DNA from: Geosiphon pyriformis uo1
Lineage: Eukaryota; Fungi; Glomeromycota
Assembly: GCA_016748015.1 (NCBI GenBank)
Contig: JAAOMT010000322.1
Location: 82,660-146,659, forward strand
DNA: 64,000 nucleotides
Reading direction: 5' to 3'
The position numbers were made by a program, and so were the translations under genes. Below the pieces are notes generated by a model. That model did no database searches. It had not been told where the DNA came from and saw only the letters and a list, made by a program, of their open reading frames with translations. Shown here piece after piece: positions 54,140-64,000 of this stretch; positions within the stretch are counted from its first letter, which is position 1, and each line of letters opens with the position of its first letter.

Positions 54140-56852
54140 ATCTTATTAAGGTTTAATTTATAAAACTAAAATTAATTAAATTAGAAAAATAATTAATATT
54201 TGAAATAATTTTAATAATATACTAAGTTTATTTTTATTTATTTCTTCAAAATTCTATATTTCGGATGAATTAAATTTCAAATGAATTCCAATTTCGGTAA
54301 ATGAACATAAAAAAAGCCAAACTTCATTTATGCTATAAAAGATTGATGTAAGATTTAAATGTGGGAAAACAAAAAGTTTTCAAAATAAATATTTTTTTAT
54401 TGGTTAAAATCACATAAGGTGATTTTTTTTGAAATTTTTTGAAACAATAGGTCAACAAAAAATGGTTTGTTTGTTTGTAGTAACAAAAAACCGTTCGGTT
54501 AAACGTTTATTTTTCATGATTGTTTCACTCAATGTACATTCATTTTTATTCTTGAAATTTTTTACCAAAAAAAACAGATATTCGATCGCAAAAAGATCAT
54601 TTGATTTGGAGAAAATCTTTTTTTTAATAAAAAACCATTCTTTCAAGAGTTCACATTAACCCCTGAATCATTTTATCAAACACAAAATAAATGAGTGGAT
54701 GATGATGGTGGAAAAAAAAAGTTGGGAATGTCTTTTCATATAAATATTTTGTTTAATTTTATATAGAAATAAAGAAAGATAGTTAGTAATATAATTGTAC
54801 TTAATTTTACCATCATTATTATTATTATTATTATCATTATTTTGATCGATGGTTCATGGTTCATACCTAACCTCATTTAAATCCATATTCTTATCTTATT
54901 AAAAATGGCTTTAAAAAAAAATATCCTAAAAACAGATTATTCAACTTTAAAATTAGTTTCAATCACAATATATTGGAATGATTCTTTTTTCGCTAATTAG
55001 ATTACACATACATACACATCCACATACACATCCACATACGCATACACATAACAATAGATAATTTTACATTTTGGTTAACCTAGTGACCTTTATCAAATTA
55101 AAAACCATTATTATCGCTGCCCTTATTTTTAGATATATATATTGGAGAGTTATAACCTAAAAAAAGACATATATGGCTGATTTACCTTTGCAGTAATTGG
55201 GGAACCACATATTTAAATTTAATCATGCTGGAGTCTAGATCACAATTTCTATTATTTTTTTGTCTTTTTTTTTTGTTACAGATTGGGCAGGTTTCGTGTA
55301 TTAATTTAATTTTTAATTCAGGATTAAAGTTGAAAATTAGAATTTAACCGATTAAATTTTAAATATCAAAGTTTAATTTCGATTTATTGTCTGTTTGAAC
55401 TCTTATTTATTATATTGGTAAAATTTTGAAATCAAAAATCAATAAATTTTATTAATACAAAAAATTTTGACTTCAGAAAGTATTATTCAAAATAAGTTGA
55501 AAAATTTTCTATCATAATAAAAATAAAGCTATTTATTAAATGAATTTCATAAAAAAGTAAGATAAAAGCTTTTTGGTTTATCTTTTGATAACACAATATT
55601 CCACACTTTGAGCTACCTTAATTTATTTACAATAAAATTCATATTCTCAATTTTTTGAATTTTTTTTAATTTGATTCAAGATTTCTCTGATTTGGTAAAA
55701 TAAATGCTGTTGTAAATTGTAAAGATTTCTTAATTAAAAATATAAAAAAGGTTGTTTTCTTTTCATTGATCATTTCAATAAAATCAATCAATCAATCAAT
55801 CAATCAATTAATTAAATAATGGCTTGGTTTTTGTTTTTATAGCAAGTTTACATATTTCATAGTTAAAAAGTGATTAACAAAAATGATTAGGATAATTTTT
55901 GTGTAAAGTAAAATTTGTTTTGAATTCAACTTTTTTAAATTTAATTTTTTTTAAATATCAAATAATTAAAACATAAAACCAAATTTTTACATTATTTGAA
56001 TAAATTTTGTTTTAAATAGTTTATTGAAACCGTTAAAAATTTTAATATTATAATTTTTATCAATATTTAAATTTAAAATTTGTTAAATTTAAAAATAAGT
56101 GTTGTAAAAAGAATTTATTTTTACTTTAATTTTATTGTTTAAATTTTTAATATTAATAATCTTTTTTTTAAAGCCTTTAATGCTCAAATTTAATTTTATT
56201 ACTCAAATTTATAGTGCCTTTGTTTGGTTCCGTATTCAACCAAATGTTCACCGATTCAAAACTAAGAAAAAATAATTTCAAATTTACTTACCACTTGAAT
56301 TTAATTGTTTTTTATTAAAACTTCAAACTAGTTTTTATCTTTTTAACTTTTTAACAAGTAATTTTTTTGATTTCTCATAATTATAAAATCTCACTTCTAT
56401 TTATTTCGGTCATAAATTCGAAATTTATTCATTATTATTATTATTATTTTTGAGTTTACGATTACTTAATAATTATTCAAAATCTATACTAAAGTTCGTA
56501 AAACAAATAAACTTATATTAACTAGCTAATTATGTTCAAAATATTCTATATGATCGAAAACTAATATTTTAAAAACAAAATTTATTTTCCAAAAATAAGT
56601 TACTTTTCAAGAAAATTAAACAAATAAAAAGGATTTTATCAGCTGAATAAAATTTTAAATTAAATAATTTACTTTAATATGCAAATTCATTTGCAGGCAC
56701 TGAATTTAAAAAATGTTAATAATATAAATATCTGATCACCTGTCGATCACAATAATATAAAAACCCAGTGCTGATTTGGAATTGGAAAATTCTTTTTCTA
56801 AAGACTGCAGATTGAAATATCAATATTTCAAAGCTTCTTATACCTGACAATA

Positions 56853-58342
56853 ATGGCACCCCAGCAATTCTTTCAAGCTTTATCCGATGATTTTGGAAAT
56901 TTACTGGATAGCCAGAATTTTTCTGATGTTAGGATTGTTGTTGGTGAAGCGCCCAATATTAGAGTCTTTCAAGCTCATTCACAAATTTTAGCAGCAAGAT
57001 CACCATATTTTGCTGTAGCACTCTCTAGCAATGGGGTTAAAAGGGAAAATAATACCATTATATTTGATAAACCTAATATTTCACCCAAAATTTTTGAGAT
57101 TATTCTCAGGTAAAAAGTTTTCATTTACTTCAAAGTGTTTTTGCAATATAGATTCATACGTTTTATTTCGTCCACAGATATATTTATAATGGCGAGATTA
57201 TTCTTGATAAATATGAAATATTTACCATTCTCGAATTGCTTGTTACCGCTAACGAGCTTATTTTAGAAAAAATTATTAATCATCTTGAAGACTATTTGAT
57301 TGAACACCATGCAAAAGAGCTAGAAGAAAATTTCGCCACTTTGCAGAGAACCTCATTTACGCATGATTCTTTCAAGAAGTTACAAAATTTCTGTACCAAA
57401 ATAGTTGGTAACAATCCAGCTATAATTTTCAACTCCCAAGATTTTACCTCCCTTAGTGAAAATGTTCTTTTCTCAATTTTAACCCGGGATGATCTAAATA
57501 TAGAAGAATCTGAAATATGGGAAAAGATTGTGGAATGGGGAGTTGCTAAATTGGATAACAATACTCAGATGAAAAAAGTTTTTTACTGGACAGATGAAAA
57601 CTTTAACGTCTTTAAGGAATCCATCGAAAGATTTCTACCTTTAATCCGCTTCTTTAACATATCATCAGTTGACTTCTATCACAAAGTAAAACCATTTGCG
57701 AGAATATTACCTGGAACTTTATACGAAGATCTTTTACATCATTATCTCGTACCGGGTAGTCATCAAGAGTCTATAGACGCTCGGCCATTACGATTAAATA
57801 TTGATTCAAACCTTCTTCAACCGCATAATATAAAACAGCTTGACCATTGGATTCAAGGCAAAAACGAAAATACTCCTTTTAAAGGTCAACTTCGAAATAA
57901 TTTTAAATTGTTACTTCGAGGCAGTCGAGACGGATTTACTCCAGCCGATTTTCATCGATTATGCGATGATAAAGGAGCAACAGTAAGCGTAATAAAAGTG
58001 AAAGGAACTGGTCAACTAATTGGCGGCTATATCCCAGAATCTTGGCACTCTCGGAATGAACGTCTCAATGGAAAAGATAGTTTTATTTTTTCCCTTGAAG
58101 ATGGCAAAGTCGGAAATGTTAAACTTAGCAAATGGGTTGAGGGATATACACCTTTTGGTGGTTCAAATTTTGGACCCACTTTTGGCGGTGGCAATCTTGA
58201 GTTGTGTGGCAAAGATTTTAAAACTAGTCCAGGGTGCTTTTGTAGAAAGACAAAAAGTCATGAGCGTGCTATAATGCCTGGGTTAGAAAATGAAAAGGTG
58301 GATTTCTTTGTCCAGGAGTATGAGGTCTTTCAAATTATATAG
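56853..58342 (+). CDS. BTB/POZ-BACK-TLDc protein, copy 3 (intron ~57110-57177)
   Basis: Same architecture and intron position as copy 2. Intact. Confidence 0.92.
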
Positions 58343-58879
58343 TTTTATTAATTTAATCAATTAAGTTTTCCTATTTTGCACTAAACCTAAGATGAATCAT
58401 AAATAAATATCATTTCATGGATTTTATATATTACTCGAAAATGTCTTTTTTGAAAGAAATTTCAGAAAGCTTTTAAACAAGTTAGAGCATTATTTACATA
58501 AAATATATTTTATTGTAAGCTAAATTGTAAATTTTCCACAATTAGCTAAACCATATTAGAAATAAATCTTATTTTAAATATAATCATAAGATGCATAGTT
58601 GCCCTTGGTTATAGTTGACTGCTATATAATAAATAAGATTTTAGATTGAAAATATTAATTAGTGGCAAGAAAGTTAATCTTCAATAAAAAATAGAATAAA
58701 ATTCTAGCATAAATTTAGATGACCACCTACTTTATTTATTTTGATCATTCAGGTAATAAATAAATCAAAAAAATTATGGGTTGAATTAATATATCCATGC
58801 AACTATTCTTATCCCCTTTTTTTAAAGTATAAGAATTTGCATTATTTTATTTAATTAAACATCTAATGAGAGTGAATGC

Positions 58880-59880
58880 AGTAGTGCAAGTGAAAATAAC
58901 ACAGCTGGAACCAATAATAAAAAGATGAGAGAGGTGTATTAAGACAGCTAAATAGTAGAGATGTCCAAAACAAATTTTGTTATTAATATAGTGATAGAAC
59001 CCCTTGAAGCACCAAACTTTAATTTACTTAAGAATAATAATTATAATGATAATATTGATTTGAAACCACTTTTTTGTCAACTCTTCCTTTGCTTAAGAAA
59101 GAAATTGTGAATTTGTTAGTTTTGGATGCAGATTGTAAAAAAATATTTACATTAATAGTTGGTTTTGAAAGAAGATTTTTTACTTTCTCTAAATTTTAGA
59201 GAATCATCGGATTGACGTTTACTTTTGAATTGAGCCTGGCTGTAAAAAATGGCATAATTTCAAGTGTGTATACCATCATTTAAATTAGGAAATGTTTATC
59301 AAGAAAATTCTAATCTAAATTCCAAAAAAAACTGTAATAGCTGTGTTTTTTGAGTTTGGTAAAATTAAGTTAATTAAAATGCAGTTAATTGGTCTTTAAC
59401 AAAAGGCTGTAATATAGTTTGCCAAATTAAATCAAATTGTAGTTCTTCAATGTGGTCTATTCTTATTGAAAAAAAAAACTGTGTATATTGTTAAGACTAA
59501 TATGAACAAAAGATTTTTGATAAAAAGATATATATATTATGTTTTGTTATATATTCTGTTAATAGACATTAATGTTTATAATTTTGAAGATATTTTGGAT
59601 TTTGTAGAAAAAAACTAGTATTATTAGTAAAAATTCTGTTACCTATACAAAATATTAGTGTGCAATAATTTGTTTTAAATTAGAAAAAACTATTATTAAA
59701 GTTATAAGTTAGATACTGGTTTTAATATAAGCAAGATTTAATTTATTCAAATATATGATTTGTAACTGTTTAAGTTACATTGTTTTAAAATATGATTCAA
59801 TTAGAAAGCTATTTTTTAGCTCAAATTATATTTTGTTTGTGTTTATGCTGATGAAAGTCTTGCATAAATGCCTATTGCTA
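58880..59880 (+). mobile_element. Degenerate LINE ORF1 relic (RRM-like), probably the same type as the 21.4-25.2 kb element
   Basis: TVIAVFFEFGKIKLIKMQLIGL*QKAVI*F...MWSILI...; same G>A/C>T erosion pattern. Family assignment comes from recalled similarity, not a search. Confidence 0.6.
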
Positions 59881-61399
59881 TTGTTTTGTTAGAGATGTGG
59901 GGAGGTAAAGACCTCAGATTACTCATTTTTCCGCTCTAAGAACAATATTGCTTAAAAAATGGGTTTTAAAGAGTGCACAAGGATTCGTTCGGTAAAAACT
60001 TGGGCCAAATTGGTGTTTTCTGTAGGTTTGCATTAAATTCTAAAAAAATTAGTAGCTGTGATTTTAAGAATATATGAATTGAATTGGTACAAAAAAGAGA
60101 CTAAAGATCATGAAATTTAAAAAAGACAAAATAATCGTTTTTTACTACCAATATTACTGAAGATAATTTTTAAGTAAAAAGTATAAAAGATATAAAAATA
60201 TTATCTTTAATAACTTTTTGGCTTTTAATGGTTAGGAAATTAACAAAAAAAATAATTGTTTAATAATATATTTTTTTAGCATAATTAATTTAAATTTTGC
60301 CAATTTATTTCATAAATATTTTTAGCAGAATTAATTTAAATTTTGCCAATTTATTTCATAAATCTTTTACGTGATAACTATTTTAATTATTTTTTTATTA
60401 ATTATTAAATTATTATTTGTAAACGTTGTTTGTTTAAACAACATATAAATCAATTTTTGTAAAATTACAATGTAATATCTTTTCATTACATTTATATTAT
60501 TAATTTTTTGTTAAATTGTTAAATATAATATTAATTCATTTTTTTTTGGAATTTAAGCTATTGTTGTTATACATTAATATTATAAATATTAAAAATTAAT
60601 AATATTAAAAATTTCTGGAAATTTTCGTAGTCAATAATTATTGTTTATAGATTTGTCTATAATTTTTCTTCGTTTTGAGAAAATTAAAGCTACAATATAT
60701 CGCGATTATCCCATCTTGTTAGGACACGAATATGTTGTCAAGCAATTAAGTCACTTTGAATAAATTGGTTATACCATTTAATTTATCGATAAACATTTAA
60801 CAATTAAGATTAAAAAAGTCCTTTTTGCAGCGCAATTTTTTTTAATGGAGTTGGTTTTTCTATTTCCCAAATTTACAATCTCTTACTATCGAAAAATTTA
60901 AATTCGAATATAGTTATTTAGTCTAATGAAAAAACCCGATGGAAAGATTGCTATCAAGTATTCTAATTACCTTTGATATTTCCTCTTGAAATTAACGAAA
61001 ATTAGACTATTTAAGTGGATTAAAAATCCTCATGAAATTCGAAAAATAATTATAAGAAAGTGACATGCTCTGTGAATATTTTCCCATTCTTAATTCTTTT
61101 ATATTCATAGCCAAATCCCTATTTTATTTTGTATTTAGTACTGAAACTAAATTGAAAATGTAATCCTCAACAAAAAATACTTGTTTATGCTATTCCCTAA
61201 ATAGGAAACTATTTGATTAAAGATCATTGAAAATCATCACTCATTGTCTTGTTTCCATTTTCATTACAGAATAAATTTCCTTTCTACATTACTTCTTATA
61301 TTTATTTAACAATTTCGAAAGAAATTTATACTCTAAAATTCTAATCCAACTTGAAAAAGAAGTTTCAATTAAAACAATAAAGGATTTAATTTCTGCTTA

Positions 61400-62630
61400 A
61401 TAAATTGGTGTGTTACAATCCATTATATATTCCATACACAGTTAATTTCTAAAAGCTCTAGGGAATGTCAAGAATGAATTTCTCCCGAAAAGATCAAATT
61501 TTTTGGGAACGGGAGGATTTGGTGTTGTTAAAGAAGGTATATGGAAGAGAGGCAAAATTCTATTTTGGGACAAGAAAAATCAAAAGTATGAGAGAAGTAG
61601 GTTTATGAGAGTTACTTTGAAATGTCTTTAAAATAGCCAAAACATAGAATATGTCAATTCAATTGTGGTAATTTTATTTAATAAGTATTTCTGATTTGTA
61701 TTATTCTTTTTTCTTTTTCTAACACTAGAAAACGCATTGAAATAGTTTATTGCTCATCTTGACTGTGCCTCTTGCAAATACATCCTTCAATGTTATGGAA
61801 ATCACAAAAGACATTAAAACCAATGAATTTTTTATAGTTTTATCATTTGCAGAACATGGGAACCTCAGAGCTTTTCTAAAGACGAACGAAACCACTCTTA
61901 CTTGGGGCATGTTTCTTTATATTCTTTTTCAAATTGCTGGTGGCCTAAGATGTATATATGACTCAAAACTGGTGCATGGGGACTTACATCCTGGAAATAT
62001 CTTTGTTATAAAATCAAACCCCTTAAATTTGTCATTGCTGACCTAGGATTATGTCGTCCTGCCAATTACTCTCCACAGCCTGGCAAAATCTTTGGTGTTA
62101 TTCGATACCTAGCACCTGAAATTTATAACTTGTTCACTCATACTAAGCATGCGAAGTATAGCGATATTTATAATTGTGCTATCATTTCCTGGGAAATTAT
62201 TTCAGGAGAAAGACCGTGGAATCATGTCTTAGATCCTATTTCCATTCAATTATTTACAATTCAGGAAAAGCGCCTCCCAATCTAAAAGCATACAACTCAA
62301 TGTATTCAGAAAGCGATTGAAAAAATTGGGATGATAAACGGCATTGCTGTGATAGCGCAGGAGAAGTTCAACAATGAGTTATTGCTGCTCATGACAACTG
62401 TAACTTAAATGAATTTGTTCGTGAAAAAAGACTTAATTACAAAAAGATACAATATGCTAACCATGATAAGAGTCAAGAAATCGCAAGCCTTATAATTTCT
62501 CAAAATGGTAAGCCTTTCATTTATTATTATTATTTAATGTTATGAGACTATTTTTATAATAAACGTCTTTTTTCAGAGTTGGATTTGGCTTTTGATTAAT
62601 TCAGCAATGATGGATGAATTCAAGTTCTGA
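61400..62630 (+). pseudogene. TKL protein kinase, disrupted
   Basis: LGTGGFGVV, VTLKCL*, FAEHGNLR, LVHGDLHPGNI, frameshift before IADLGLC, YLAPE, SDIY..WEIISGERPW, internal stops. Confidence 0.85.
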
Positions 62631-62899
62631 TTAATGCGGTGAAGCCAGTAACCACTTTAATAATAACATTATTCATATTTCACTGGAAATAAATAAAGAA
62701 TTAGAGGGAAGGATCGGGCCTTTATTTATGCTAACAAATATGCTATAAACTACCATATAGTTTTATTCTCAACTCTACTTTAAAAGAAGTTTACTTTAAT
62801 TTTCGAGTGTGAAAGTTATTTGTTATAAAGCGTTTTCTTATCAATGTTTAACACATTTTGAAAGCCTAAATTATTGTTTTAAGTAACTAAAAATCACCT

Positions 62900-63365
62900 A
62901 AACCCAAAATGGTTATGCTGCAACAAAGTGAACTGTGACGTTTGAAATTTTTTGTATCGTAGACAAGCTTTGCTACTTCAAGTTCACCCTATATTTCCGA
63001 CTCTATTTAGCTTCATTTGGCTCGTTGCATATTTTCTATGCATCTCAGACATTTTAACGTAGAGTAAATTACCCATGGTAATGGGAATAATGAAAAGAAA
63101 TGATTAACATTATCCTTTTTGATAATCGTGATGATTCACAAGCGTTACACCAAAGTGGATTTTTTAACGTGCAATAGCATTCTGAGCATTTCGGCAAGCC
63201 GGCTTCAAATACATTATTATCACAAAATGGACATATAGGAGATCCAGTAATGATTATACCCAAGTTACCACATTTAAGACATTTGAAATCATCTGAAAGC
63301 TGGTCAAAGAAAGCTTCAAATCTAAAAACTCTCTTTCAAAATTATTCGACGATTTTAATCCTCAT
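62900..63365 (-). pseudogene. Cys-rich N-terminal fragment of the kind that precedes glomeromycotan TKL kinases
   Basis: CLKCG..CPFCD..PKCSECY..LWCNACESSRL, with no kinase domain following. Stops. Confidence 0.5.
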
Positions 63366-63460
63366 TTTTGAAATTGCAAAATTAAACGTTCTAAGTCATT
63401 CTGATCCTGTAAAGTGAGGTTAAGGGCATTCAAATTAGGAAAATTACTTCGATAGCTTAA

Positions 63461-64000
63461 GTTTTTTGCCTCTGCTGCTTTCGAATAGATTTCAAAGGCT
63501 TTTTCCAAGTTTTTTGTGGTTCCCCATCCATTTTGATAATAAACTCCAAGATTGTGTTGTGCCTATATATTTCCCGCCTCTGCTGCTTTTGAACAGAGTT
63601 CAAATGCATCTTCAAAGTTTTTCGTTGTTCTCCATCCATTTTGATGATAAATCCAAAGATTATGTTGTGCCTGTGTATTTCCCGCCTTTGCTGCTTTTGA
63701 ATAGAGTTTAAATGCTTTTTCTAAGTTTTTCGTTATTCCCCATCCATTTTCATAACAAAGTCCAAGCTTATATTGTGCCTGTGTATCTCCCGCCTCTGCT
63801 GCTTTTGAATAGAGTTTAAATGCTTTTTCTAAGTTTTTCGTTATTCCCCATCCATTTTCATAACAAAGTCCAAGCTTATATTGTGCCTGTGTATCTCCCG
63901 CCTCTGCTGCTTTTGAATAGAGTTTAAATGCTTTTTCTAAGTTTTTCGTTATTCCCCATCCATTTTCATAACAAAGTCCAAGCTTATATTGTGCCTGTGT
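63461..64000 (-). CDS. 3' part of a Sel1-repeat gene: five tandem 108-bp units, continuing beyond the window; in-frame TAG at 63563-63565
   Basis: Unit [36 protein letters not shown]. Unit starts at 64000, 63892, 63784, 63676 and 63568. Confidence 0.88.

Noticed and set aside
45941-58342. Diversity-generating-retroelement-like template/variable pair
   Set aside because: Differences between TLDc copies involve all four bases rather than only adenines, and the only RT nearby is a dead LINE.
63461-64000. Regularly spaced repeats resembling a CRISPR array
   Set aside because: Contiguous 108-bp coding units with no unique spacers, in a eukaryotic context.

Overview
Eukaryotic, intron-rich, AT-rich fungal DNA. 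It most resembles Glomeromycotina: expanded TKL kinases, Sel1-repeat and BTB-BACK-TLDc families, with class-3 lipase and repeat relics reminiscent of Geosiphon/Archaeosporales (taxon is an inference). The first ~15.4 kb is a compact block of housekeeping genes: mitochondrial SerRS, EBP-type sterol isomerase, COG1, mitochondrial MDH, GPI8 and ULA1/NAE1. It ends abruptly at ~10 kb of heavily C>T/G>A-eroded transposon relics (Ty3/Gypsy gag, hAT transposase, APE-RT-RNaseH LINE). The rest is an accessory compartment: three BTB-BACK-TLDc paralogues (two almost identical and inverted, one with a strongly diverged TLDc C-terminal half) plus fragments, kinase, lipase and P450 pseudogenes, a Sel1 protein, and a near-perfect 108-bp Sel1 tandem array at the right edge. 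The best new item is missing from the ORF track: an intact two-exon gene (41666-41984) for a signal peptide + LEKR (Kex2) + 28-aa, six-cysteine peptide.
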